Shown in pieces: positions 49,469 to 58,511 of a DNA stretch of 64,000 bases (within the stretch, counting starts at the first letter, position 1; the number at the start of each line of letters is the position of its first letter). The translations under genes were made by a program, and so were the position numbers. Below the pieces are notes generated by a model. That model saw only the letters and a list, made by a program, of their open reading frames with translations, was not told the DNA's origin and searched no databases. The stretch comes from Bacteroidales bacterium. GTDB taxonomy: Bacteria > Bacteroidota > Bacteroidia > Bacteroidales > SZUA-534. The DNA is taken from NCBI GenBank assembly GCA_045640185.1, contig JAZUEN010000053.1:6289-70288 (forward strand). Reading direction: 5' to 3'.

Positions 49469-50572
49469 TTATTTAATCACCGGATTGCCTTTAACCTGGT
49501 CGTTCCAGTCAAGGCCGTTCCTTATTTCGATGTTGATACCGTCGGTAGAGCCGATTTCAACGTGGCGGCGCTCAAATCGCTGTACGGCTTCAGTGGAGTC
49601 GCTTACAAGCACATTGACAAACGAGCTGTCGTTCTCAAAGAACAGCAGACCCTCCGAGATGGCCATCACGCTGTCGTGGCGCTCCAGGATGATGTCGGCA
49701 TTGGCACTATATCCGGCGCGGATGAACTTGTCGTCCTGCAACGAAATCTTCGCCTTTATGTCGAACTGCACGGCGCCGTTTGAATCGACACCCTTAGGCG
49801 AGATGTACTCGAGCACGGCATCGAACTGTGTATCCACAATGGCTCCGATGGTGACGTTGAGGTGCATCCCCTCGTGTATGCGTCCAACCTCCGTCTCGTC
49901 GATGGTTCCTTGGAATATCATGTCGTTCATGTCGGCCACTACGGCAATGGTTGTACCGTCGTTGAAGGTGTTGGACTGCGTCACGCTGTTGCCCTCCTTG
50001 ATGGGCACGTCGATAATCATGCCGTTGATGGTTGAGCGGATGAGCGTGTTGGTGGTGTTCTGCGCCTTTTTGCTCACGCCGTCCTTAATTATCTCAAGAT
50101 TGCTCTGCGCATTGTTGAAATTCTCGACAGCCTGGTTATATGCCAGTTCGGCCGACTGAAATTCCGATTCTGAAATCACCTTTTTCTCGAACAGTTGCTT
50201 CTGGCGGTTATAGTTGATGGTCTCGTTGTCGAGGTTCATCTTCTGCATCTTCACTTGCGACTCGGCCGAGTTGAGCGACTGCACGTCGGGAATAATCTTT
50301 ACCTTGGCAATAACCTGGCCTTCCTTTACCATTGAGCCAGCCTCAAGGTAGATTTCCTGCACAATGCCCGACACCTGTGGCTTGATGGGTATCTCCTTGC
50401 GCGGAACTATCGACCCTGTCGCCATTGTCTTGTTTACAATGTTGGTCTTTTGCGGTTTCTCAACGTTGTACACAACGGGTTCCGTCTTTGTCTTGTTAGC
50501 CAAAAAGACAATTGTTCCAATGAACAACGCTACAACGATAATAAGTAGCAGAATTTTGAAAAACTTTTTCAT
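49469..50572 (-). CDS. efflux periplasmic adaptor subunit (HlyD/MacA family)
   Basis: N-terminal TM segment. Lipoyl/hairpin pattern G.V.EI....G..VKEGQVIAKV. Beta-barrel C-terminus. Confidence 0.85.
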   Translation of the reverse strand: MKKFFKILLLIIVVALFIGTIVFLANKTKTEPVVYNVEKPQKTNIVNKTMATGSIVPRKEIPIKPQVSGIVQEIYLEAGSMVKEGQVIAKVKIIPDVQSLNSAESQVKMQKMNLDNETINYNRQKQLFEKKVISESEFQSAELAYNQAVENFNNAQSNLEIIKDGVSKKAQNTTNTLIRSTINGMIIDVPIKEGNSVTQSNTFNDGTTIAVVADMNDMIFQGTIDETEVGRIHEGMHLNVTIGAIVDTQFDAVLEYISPKGVDSNGAVQFDIKAKISLQDDKFIRAGYSANADIILERHDSVMAISEGLLFFENDSSFVNVLVSDSTEAVQRFERRHVEIGSTDGINIEIRNGLDWNDQVKGNPVIK

Positions 50573-50599
50573 CTATTTAATATTTAATGGTTTATATTT

Positions 50600-50820
50600 T
50601 TAGTTATTGGTTGTTGGTTCGTTGATTTGTTGATCCCGATAGCTATCGGGAGTTGATTTGTTGATTTGTTGAATGTTTGCTGTTGACTTTTGCCTTTGTC
50701 ATTAGTCGTTTGTCGTTTGTCTTCAATTCCACATCCTAAATTCCGATCCCGATCCCGATAGCCATCGGGACCATCGGGACTAAATCCTAAATCCTACATC
50801 CTAAATCCTACATCCTAAAT
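50600..50820. repeat. mosaic of short tandem repeats and CCCGATAGCnATCGGG palindromes inside the efflux operon
   Basis: GTTGATTT units flank the palindrome CCCGATAGCTATCGGG (50635-50650). GTCGTTT occurs twice in tandem. CCGATC x3 leads into CCCGATAGCCATCGGG (50753-50768). CCATCGGGA occurs twice. Five 7-nt A(A/C)ATCCT units span 50782-50816. Confidence 0.85.
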
Positions 50821-50824
50821 ATAT

Positions 50825-52072
50825 CTACTCCTCCCTAATAGCGTCAATCGGTTTTATCTTGACGGCACGCATTGCAGGCAGCAGGCCGGCGCACGCGCCC
50901 GATATTATCAATATTGTCAGGCAGATGAGTCCGACATTCAGGTCGATTCCCGGGTTCAGGAATATCGAATCCTCCGACGACAGAGCCAAACCCAGACCCT
51001 CGTTTATCAGCACGCCTATGACAAGCCCCAAATAGCCGGCCACAATCGTCAGCAGCACCGACTCCATCATTATCTGTTTGATTATGTTGGCAGGCGAGGC
51101 CCCGATGGCACGCTTGATGCCTATTTCCTGCGTGCGTTCCTTCACAATCACAAGCATGATGTTGCTGATGCCTATGATGCCCGCAAGCAACGTACCCAGA
51201 CCGACAAGCCAAATCAGTATGTCGACTCCCAGAAAAAGATTGCTTATCTGCCCGAACTGCTTGGCCAGGTTGACGTGCTGGAGCGCCTCAGTGTCGTCGG
51301 GCGACACGTCCTTATGACGGCTGCGGATGAAGCGCATCACATCGTCTTCAACATCGCCAATATCTTGCGTCGGCTTTGCCGCAATAAGTAGCATATCCAC
51401 CTCGTCGCCACGGTTATACGTCTGCTGCATGGTGGTAAATGGCAGGCGGACGGCTGTCTCCGAATCGAAACCGAGCGTTATGTTGTCGCGCACGTTGTAT
51501 GAGCCCACCACAGTGTAGTACACACCACCCACATTCACGTTTTTGCCTATAGGGTCCTCGCCGTTAGGGAAAAGGTTCTCGCGTACGCGCGGGCCTATGA
51601 CGCACACCTTTCGGCGGTTCTTTATGTCGATGTCGTTGATGTATCGGCCATAGACCATGTTCAGGTACTCGACGCGCGTGGTGACAGGGTACTCGCCCAC
51701 AATGTTGCAGTCAGACGAGCGCAGGTTGTAGGTCACGCCTGTCGAGCTCCAGTTCATGATGCGCGGCACAACGGCATCGAGTTCAGGAAACTGCCTGTTT
51801 ACGGCCACTACATCGCTGTTGTTGAACTCCCACCAGTGATTGCGCCTGAAGCCACCATAAGGAATGGTTGTACGGCTTGTGTACATCACCGACGAATTTT
51901 TGGCTATGTTCTTGAATTGGTTCTCAACGCCGTTCTGCAGGCCGTTGCCCATGCCGTAAAGCGTGATGAGCATGAACAATCCCCAGAAAACGCCAAAGGC
52001 GGTGAGTATGGAGCGCATCTTGTTCTTGCTTACGGCTTGCCAAATTTCCTTATATAAATCAGTGTCAAACAT
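50825..52072 (-). CDS. ABC transporter permease (MacB/FtsX family)
   Basis: Start at Met11 (MFDTDLYKEIWQAVSKNKMRS). MacB periplasmic domain plus C-terminal FtsX TMs (VKERTQEIGIKRAIGA). Confidence 0.85.
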   Translation of the reverse strand: MFDTDLYKEIWQAVSKNKMRSILTAFGVFWGLFMLITLYGMGNGLQNGVENQFKNIAKNSSVMYTSRTTIPYGGFRRNHWWEFNNSDVVAVNRQFPELDAVVPRIMNWSSTGVTYNLRSSDCNIVGEYPVTTRVEYLNMVYGRYINDIDIKNRRKVCVIGPRVRENLFPNGEDPIGKNVNVGGVYYTVVGSYNVRDNITLGFDSETAVRLPFTTMQQTYNRGDEVDMLLIAAKPTQDIGDVEDDVMRFIRSRHKDVSPDDTEALQHVNLAKQFGQISNLFLGVDILIWLVGLGTLLAGIIGISNIMLVIVKERTQEIGIKRAIGASPANIIKQIMMESVLLTIVAGYLGLVIGVLINEGLGLALSSEDSIFLNPGIDLNVGLICLTILIISGACAGLLPAMRAVKIKPIDAIREE

Positions 52073-52098
52073 CTCTATTGCTAAATCAAAGTAAAAAA

Positions 52099-53367
52099 TC
52101 ACTCGTACCGCAGCGCCTCTATCGGCTTTATTCTGGCGGCCCTGATGGCAGGAACCAGGCCTGCAACGGTTCCGCAGACAATGAGCAGCACCGTGGCGCC
52201 AATGGCGATGCCGATATCGGCATTAGGGTTGATGAACATAAGCATGTTGCCGGCCGCGTCGGTCGTTTCGGGCTTGCTTGCCAGCATCTGGTCGTTGATG
52301 TGGTCCACAACCTCCATCACTGCCACACCCAGAACCATACCCATATATCCGGCCACTGTGGTTATGAACACCGCCTCCGAGATAATCAGGCTCACAACCG
52401 AGCCAGGCTTTGCCCCGAGGGCCTTGCGCACGCCAATCTCGCGGGTGCGCTCCTTCACCACTATCATCATTATGTTGCTGACGCCCACAATGCCCGAGAT
52501 GAGTGTGCCGATGCCTATCAGCCAGATGAACAGGCTGATGCCGCCAAACAGCTTCTGCATCTCCCCGATACGCTCGTTCATGTTCGATATGTACAATGCC
52601 GAATTGTCGGCAGGGTCGAACTGGTGCAGAGCGGCCATCTTCCTGCGTATTTCGGCCTCAACCTGCTGGCTCTGCTCAATGCTGATGCCAGGCGCGGTGG
52701 TGAGTTCGAAGTTTGTAACCCTATTGTTGCCCCGCAGCAGCTGGGCAGTGGTGAACGGCGTGTAGATGAAGCGGTTGTCCCATTCGCTGTCGCGATAGAC
52801 GCCCACCACGCGGAACATGATGTTGTTAATCTTGATGTATTCGCCTAAGGCGTTCTCACCGTTAGGGAAGACAGCCTTTTCAACGTCCTCGCCAATGACA
52901 GCCACCTTGCGCCTCAGTTTCAGGTCGGTGTCGTTGATGAAGCGCCCTGACTTCACTGTCAGGTTTTCGCTGGCCATTATTGCAGGATAGACGCCGCGAG
53001 TGCTGAAGCTTGCGTAGTTGGTGCCGTGTACAACGTTTGAACTCCACATCTGCAGTATGGGCGATATGGCGTCAAGGCCACCAATCTCGTTTTCAATCAA
53101 GTCGATATCCTGATTGGTGAACTGTATCCAGCGGTTTTTCTTCAGGCCCTTGTAGTCCATGCTGGTGTTTTGAGGCCACACAATCATTAGATTGTTGGCA
53201 TCGCCTTCAAAATTCAGCATGATGGCGTTCTTGAGGCCGTTGCCCGAACTCAGCAACACAATAAGTATGAATATGCCCCAAGCCACGCTGAAAGCGGTGA
53301 GCACAGTGCGCAGCTTGTTCTTGCGCATTGTCGAGAAAATCTCCTGCCACTTGTCTATATCAAACAT
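52099..53367 (-). CDS. ABC transporter permease (MacB/FtsX family)
   Basis: MFDIDKWQEIFSTMRKNKLRT N-terminus and the VKERTREIGVRKALGA motif. Paralog of the downstream permease. Confidence 0.85.
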   Translation of the reverse strand: MFDIDKWQEIFSTMRKNKLRTVLTAFSVAWGIFILIVLLSSGNGLKNAIMLNFEGDANNLMIVWPQNTSMDYKGLKKNRWIQFTNQDIDLIENEIGGLDAISPILQMWSSNVVHGTNYASFSTRGVYPAIMASENLTVKSGRFINDTDLKLRRKVAVIGEDVEKAVFPNGENALGEYIKINNIMFRVVGVYRDSEWDNRFIYTPFTTAQLLRGNNRVTNFELTTAPGISIEQSQQVEAEIRRKMAALHQFDPADNSALYISNMNERIGEMQKLFGGISLFIWLIGIGTLISGIVGVSNIMMIVVKERTREIGVRKALGAKPGSVVSLIISEAVFITTVAGYMGMVLGVAVMEVVDHINDQMLASKPETTDAAGNMLMFINPNADIGIAIGATVLLIVCGTVAGLVPAIRAARIKPIEALRYE

Positions 53368-54059
53368 TCCTTGGCGATTTTTATCTGGTTTCGGGTATCC
53401 GACTCAATCACGCCGTCCTTGAGGAATACGGTGCGGCTGGTCATGTCGGCAATGTCGCGCTCGTGGGTGACAATTATGATTGTCTTGCCCTCCTTGTTCA
53501 CTTCCTGCAGAAGATCCATCACCTCGTACGATGTCTTGGTGTCGAGAGCGCCCGTAGGCTCATCGGCAAGAATCACCTTCGGGTTGGCAATGAGCGCGCG
53601 CGCAATGGCTATGCGCTGCTTCTGTCCGCCCGACATTTCGTTAGGCATGTGCTCGGCGTGAGTAGCCAATCCCACGCGCTCCAGATACTCGTAGGCCATC
53701 TGGTTGCGCTTTTTGCGACTGACGCCCTGGTAATAGAGCGGGAGCGCCACGTTCTCGAGTGCGTTCTTGAACGTTATCAGGTTGAATTGCTGAAATACAA
53801 ATCCGAGCATCTTGTTACGGTAGGCGGCGGCTTTTTTCTCGCTCATGTTCATCACAAGCTCGCCGTTGAGGTAGTAGGCGCCCTCGTCGTAATTGTCGAG
53901 GATGCCCAGGATGTTGAGCAAGGTTGACTTGCCCGAGCCCGAACTGCCCATAATGGAAACCAGCTCGCCCTCCTCAATGTTTAGGTTGATGCCTTTGAGC
54001 ACGTGCAGAGGCGAGCCTCCTGTGAAATACGATTTATGCAGATTTTCAATCCGTATCAT
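53355..54059 (-). CDS. ABC transporter ATP-binding protein (MacB/LolD type)
   Basis: Walker A GSSGSGKST, signature MSGGQKQRIAIARAL, Walker B ILADEPTGALD. Confidence 0.9.
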   Translation of the reverse strand: MIRIENLHKSYFTGGSPLHVLKGINLNIEEGELVSIMGSSGSGKSTLLNILGILDNYDEGAYYLNGELVMNMSEKKAAAYRNKMLGFVFQQFNLITFKNALENVALPLYYQGVSRKKRNQMAYEYLERVGLATHAEHMPNEMSGGQKQRIAIARALIANPKVILADEPTGALDTKTSYEVMDLLQEVNKEGKTIIIVTHERDIADMTSRTVFLKDGVIESDTRNQIKIAKECLI

Positions 54060-54214
54060 CTTTTTGTTTTATTGCAAATACGTTTAATTGACTACAAATA
54101 TTTTGCAATGTTACAGCGGAACGACAAAAAAATCTTGTCAGGCCATCAAACGTACCGCAAAACCGTGCCATTCCGCATCTCAACAAATACAAAAAGACGC
54201 TTGTGCCGTGCAAA

Positions 54215-54255
54215 CAAAAAAAGCAGATTCCCTGCTTTCAGGAAATCTGCCTTTT
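54215..54255 (-). terminator. rho-independent terminator after the 544-aa gene
   Basis: GCAGATTcCCTG-cttt-CAGGaAATCTGC hairpin with a T7 run on the minus strand. Confidence 0.65.
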
Positions 54256-54324
54256 ATTGTATTTGTCAGATTATCAATAATTGTAATCTCTTACCAAACC
54301 GGTTCTGCCCATGTAGACAATACG

Positions 54325-55959
54325 CTAGTTTATAGGCGTTACGAATGTGATTGTTATTGTATTGTCTTCCATTGGGAATGGACCTATTATTTGATTTTCT
54401 ATTGCAATACCTTTACTATATCTGTCACCATAAGCCGTTACTTTTTTGACTTTTGTGGATATAATATTACTTTTTAATTCTTTCACAGGTATTTTTACAA
54501 ACAACGGGGTGTAATCGTTTTCGTTTTCTCTGTCCCTATGAAATTCTAGCCCATCTGCCCACACGTCACCATTGTCTCCAATCCAGAACTGAGCTTTCAT
54601 TGTTATGGGGTACTCATAATCAAAAGCATCTTTGTTAGGTTCCTTAAAGTGTTTTTTCATTAGCATATTGCTGGCTAAATATCCGGATGAAGTCACTTTA
54701 TTGGCGAAACCGGTGCCGCGACCCTCATTCCCCAAATTAGGATCCTGATTGCACATAAGTTGATAATAATCGTAATAATGATTATCACCATTGTATGGGT
54801 ATAAATTCGTCTTATATTCCAGGCTATACGAATTAGTATTAGCATAGCCAGCAATGTTATTAAACTCTTCCCCATTGATATCGATCATAGATACATATTG
54901 TCTGGATGAAGGAAATGCGGAAATGTAAACAGGGCTATATGCTGGGATGACGAATGTATTTTCTCCTTCTTTAATTTCTTTTCCTAAAAATTTCACCATA
55001 CTATTATCTTCACTACCATTAACAATTACTGTAACCCTTACCAAAGGCATATCGCCAATGTACTGAGTTGCCTTTGTGGCAGTTTCTGACTTTTCAGCTC
55101 TTTTGGCCTTATAGGTAGCAACGGATGAATCGGCAATGGCCGCATTATCAATCTTATCGGATTTAGTCAAATATTTGGCATCGTTGTTCAGCTTGCTAAT
55201 GTTTTCACCTTCTTTTACGTATTTGGCATCGTTGTTCAACTTGCTGATGTTGCTGCCGTTGTGCAGATAGGTGCTAAGGTCAACACCGTCGGGCAGTTCG
55301 CTTTTCAAGGCATAGGCACTTAGCGTGTCTTCCGAGATGTATTTTGCATCGTTGGTGAACGAACTTATGTTCTGGTCGGTTTTGGCGTAAGAGTTCAATG
55401 TTTTGGTAGAAACATAGTTTGCCAGAGTGTCGGCATTCACATAGTTTGCCAACATGATGGTGTTCTTCAGAATGTTGATGTTTGCTGCGTATGCCTTAAG
55501 TGTGTCGGTGGAAACGAATTTAGCGTCGTTCTCAAGTTCGCTCACTTTGGTTGGAACATTGCCGGCATACATTGCGAAAGGCACGCTCAGCAGTTGCTGT
55601 ACAGATGATATGGAGTAGTTCTCGCCACCTTCAATGTCAATCTCTGTCTTTACAAAGAAAGTGCCTTGTGCCCAGTCAATCTTGTCGAAGGAGCCGCTTA
55701 TGGCGGTGCCATTGCCAATCTGCAGGCTCATAAGTCCGTTGGCGTTGGTTTCGGCGGTGGCGGTTTCGGCATAGACAACGCTGTTGTCGTCGGCAGCATC
55801 TTTAAGGATTGACACTTTAACGCTCACATTGGAGCTGTTTTGCACCAATTCGCCTTGTGCGTTGCGCACAACGGCCTGGAATGAAAAACCTTGCGGCACA
55901 CCTGCCCAAAGGTTTGCCGCAAGGATCAGTGCGGCTACGGTTGAGAATAATTTTTTCAT
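54325..55959 (-). CDS. secreted tail-fibre-like repeat protein
   Basis: Signal peptide. N-terminal FSFQAVVRNAQGELV...LLSVPFAMYAG domain. Repeated xxNDAK(Y/F) segments (ELENDAKFVS, FTNDAKYIS, LNNDAKYVK, LNNDAKYLT). C-terminal ~240 aa is unassigned. Confidence 0.6.
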   Translation of the reverse strand: MKKLFSTVAALILAANLWAGVPQGFSFQAVVRNAQGELVQNSSNVSVKVSILKDAADDNSVVYAETATAETNANGLMSLQIGNGTAISGSFDKIDWAQGTFFVKTEIDIEGGENYSISSVQQLLSVPFAMYAGNVPTKVSELENDAKFVSTDTLKAYAANINILKNTIMLANYVNADTLANYVSTKTLNSYAKTDQNISSFTNDAKYISEDTLSAYALKSELPDGVDLSTYLHNGSNISKLNNDAKYVKEGENISKLNNDAKYLTKSDKIDNAAIADSSVATYKAKRAEKSETATKATQYIGDMPLVRVTVIVNGSEDNSMVKFLGKEIKEGENTFVIPAYSPVYISAFPSSRQYVSMIDINGEEFNNIAGYANTNSYSLEYKTNLYPYNGDNHYYDYYQLMCNQDPNLGNEGRGTGFANKVTSSGYLASNMLMKKHFKEPNKDAFDYEYPITMKAQFWIGDNGDVWADGLEFHRDRENENDYTPLFVKIPVKELKSNIISTKVKKVTAYGDRYSKGIAIENQIIGPFPMEDNTITITFVTPIN

Positions 55960-55998
55960 GAGTGAATTTTGAAATTGTTATTGAATAAAATACCTATG

Positions 55999-56475
55999 TT
56001 ACTGTTTGACAATGCGGAACACTTTCATCTGTCCCTTCTTGTTGCTGATGCGCAGCATGTATGTGCTCGGCACCAAAGCCGACATTTCCACTTGGCACGA
56101 CTCGTCAAAGTCGTCCTTGCCTACAACGGCTCCTGTCTCGGACAGAAGTTCGTAGCTGTAGCTGTCGCTCTCGGTTGTGGTAACTGTCACGGCGTCGGTT
56201 GTGGGGTTAGGGTAAACCGCAAATTCGGCCTGCAGTTCGGCAATGCCGTCGGGTGGAGGCACCACTCCGATGATGTAGGGCTGCTGCACGCCCATGTTAA
56301 TGCTGCCGCTTGCGTTGCCTGCGAATCCGGCAAACGGCTGACCTATGGTGTAGGTTACTGTTCCGGCCTGCCCAATGGCATCGCCGCCAGCCGGCACTAC
56401 AGCCGTCTGCGCCTCTGCCATTGTAGCCGTCAGCATCAGGGCCAATGCTGAAATAATGGGTTTTGATTGGTTCAT
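55999..56475 (-). CDS. small T9SS type A sorting-domain protein
   Basis: Signal peptide. GTVTYTIGQPF...GSINMGVQQPY module. C-terminal FAVYPNPTTDAVTV...YMLRISNKKGQMKVFRIVKQ sorting domain. Confidence 0.7.
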   Translation of the reverse strand: MNQSKPIISALALMLTATMAEAQTAVVPAGGDAIGQAGTVTYTIGQPFAGFAGNASGSINMGVQQPYIIGVVPPPDGIAELQAEFAVYPNPTTDAVTVTTTESDSYSYELLSETGAVVGKDDFDESCQVEMSALVPSTYMLRISNKKGQMKVFRIVKQ

Positions 56476-56494
56476 CTCTTTTGGTTTTTAAAGG

Positions 56495-56695
56495 TTATCT
56501 GCATTGTTCGTTTATCAGCTGCACCAGCTGAAGGCAGCTTGAAATGCCCAGCTTATGGTAGATGTTGGCTTTGTGCGCGTCAACTGTGCGTTTGCTTATG
56601 CCCAAATCGGCGGCAATGTCCTTTGCGCGCAAGCCTTTGCAACATGCTGCAACAATTTCACGTTCGCGATCTGTCAGTGTTTTTAATTGTGACAT
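56495..56695 (-). CDS. LuxR/GerE-type HTH-only transcriptional regulator (66 aa)
   Basis: LTDREREIVAACCKGLRAKDIAADLGISKRTVDAHKANIYHKLG is a complete LuxR-type HTH with no other domain. Confidence 0.75.
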   Translation of the reverse strand: MSQLKTLTDREREIVAACCKGLRAKDIAADLGISKRTVDAHKANIYHKLGISSCLQLVQLINEQCR

Positions 56696-56866
56696 GGCTT
56701 TATATTTTTTAAAAATTCGAAAAATCGTTTTTCGGAGGTTGTGTTCCTAAATCCGATGCAAGTATATGCGCTTATTTTTAACACCGCACATAGGTATTTA
56801 TACCTAAAATACCTAAGTATTTGCATTTCAGTATGTTTTAAGGACCGATGCAAGGGAGGCTTTTGC

Positions 56867-56893
56867 CCATGTTACATGAACCATGTTACATGA
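56867..56893. promoter_or_regulatory. tandem palindromic boxes CCATGTTACATGA x2 (candidate operator)
   Basis: The perfect 11-nt palindrome CATGTtACATG occurs at 56868-56878 and 56882-56892 (14-nt period), between the two LuxR-type genes. Confidence 0.35.
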
Positions 56894-57122
56894 GCGAAAA
56901 AAAGGCCGGAAATCGGGCTGCCGAAGTTGGTTTAGGCCATGTCTGAAATGGCTGGCGGAATGCAGAAAACCGACAAACCGGCATGCTACTTAAAAAACAA
57001 CGGTACTATGATTGCAGAGAATTCTAAAAATTGCCTTGTAGAGATTTTGAAGGAGCTGTAAGGCAGATTGAATGTCTGGACGAATGAGCAGTACGGGCAA
57101 ACGGGGATTTTATAGAAGCCTC

Positions 57123-58511
57123 CTATAGATGAACCAAGCCGTTTTTTACGGCATATAGAATGAGCTCCGTATTGTTGCTGACGCCAAGCTTCTGGTAAAT
57201 TGTCGTTTTGTGGGCGTCGACGGTGCGCTTGCTTATGCATAGTTCGTCGGCAATCTCCTTGCTCAGCTTGCCTTGGCAGCAGGCGCGCACAATTTCAATC
57301 TCGCGGGCCGACAATATGCTTGGCTTGGCATTTATTACCAGTTCCTCGTCAGCAGTGACTGAGTCGGGCGAGGTGGTGTTCTCGTTTTGCTTCCTTGTCT
57401 TGGGGAAAAACAGTTTCCGTGCAATCGATTCAGTGCGCTGAATGTCACGGTGCAGACGGTACAAGACTAACGTAAGTGCGACGCCACCCATAATGGCGAT
57501 AAGCACTATTATAAGTATCCACATCAGATGGTGCTGCCTTTCAATTACAATCTGCAGCTGCGCGTTTTGCCTTTCCTTTTCGGCAGTTTCGTATTTTACC
57601 TCAAATTCGGCCACTTGCGATTGAATTTGCTCGTTGTGCAATGAGTCTTTCAGGTCCATGGCCTTTTGGTACAGGTCCACATCCCTGAGCAATTTAGCAA
57701 GCATGTATGTCGCCTTATACTCGTAAGGCCGCTGGCTTGTCTTCCTACTTATTTCCAGACATTCGTTCAAGATAGTGCGGGCCTTCTGGGGGTCATTGAT
57801 TTTCGTATACAATTTGGACTGTTGCAGCAGATTGATGCAAAGGCTGTGCCAGTTGCATGTTTCGCGGAATACGGCCGTTGACGTGGCAAGCGCCTTTTCG
57901 GCTTTAGCGTACTCTCCCACGTAGATGTAGGTGTTGCCCAGCTGCGAGAGCCGCATGGCCGCCCTTTCAATGCGGTTGTCCGCAGTGTCGAGCGAGTAGG
58001 CGTATTCAATATGATAAATGGCCTCTTCGTATTTTTCTTCAAGGGTCAGAATCTCGCCTAACGTTCCGTGCCGCGAGGCCAGCATTGCAATGTCGTCTTT
58101 CGGGACCATGCCAAGAGCGTCGTTCATGTATGTCTCGGCCTCGGCGTACATGTTTTGATGCGTAAATATTGCCGATATCAGTGCCAGCGATGACGATATG
58201 TAGGCGGAGTCGCCCAGCTGCCGGTCGATGTCGAGCGCCTTGGAGCCATAGTCGAGCGCTTTCTCGTATTTTCCAAGGCACCAATATGAATAAGTAAGCC
58301 CGTTGTAGGTATCGGAGAACATCTCTAGCGAGTCGCTATGGATGAGTGTGAGCGCTTCTTCGAGTACACGCGCCGAGTTGGCATAGTCTTTTATCTCAAA
58401 ATATTCATCGTACTGCCTATGCAACTCATGATATTTCTGGTTGTTTGACGCCGATGCAACAAAAGAGCATAGCAATATGGCTATTCCCAAAAGATACCTT
58501 TTATTATACAT
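57123..58511 (-). CDS. membrane-anchored TPR sensor fused to a LuxR-type HTH (one-component regulator)
   Basis: Start at Met66 (MYNKRYLLGIAILLCSFVASA signal/anchor). About 300 aa of TPR-like repeats. TM helix LMWILIIVLIAIMGGVALTLVLY. C-terminal LSAREIEIVRACCQGKLSKEIADELCISKRTVDAHKTTIYQKLG. Confidence 0.75.
   Translation of the reverse strand: MYNKRYLLGIAILLCSFVASASNNQKYHELHRQYDEYFEIKDYANSARVLEEALTLIHSDSLEMFSDTYNGLTYSYWCLGKYEKALDYGSKALDIDRQLGDSAYISSSLALISAIFTHQNMYAEAETYMNDALGMVPKDDIAMLASRHGTLGEILTLEEKYEEAIYHIEYAYSLDTADNRIERAAMRLSQLGNTYIYVGEYAKAEKALATSTAVFRETCNWHSLCINLLQQSKLYTKINDPQKARTILNECLEISRKTSQRPYEYKATYMLAKLLRDVDLYQKAMDLKDSLHNEQIQSQVAEFEVKYETAEKERQNAQLQIVIERQHHLMWILIIVLIAIMGGVALTLVLYRLHRDIQRTESIARKLFFPKTRKQNENTTSPDSVTADEELVINAKPSILSAREIEIVRACCQGKLSKEIADELCISKRTVDAHKTTIYQKLGVSNNTELILYAVKNGLVHL

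Noticed and set aside
50782-50816. 7-nt A(A/C)ATCCT tandem units as a possible CRISPR or telomere-like array
   Set aside because: The units are contiguous with no spacers and there are only five copies. This is a microsatellite-type repeat within the larger mosaic element.
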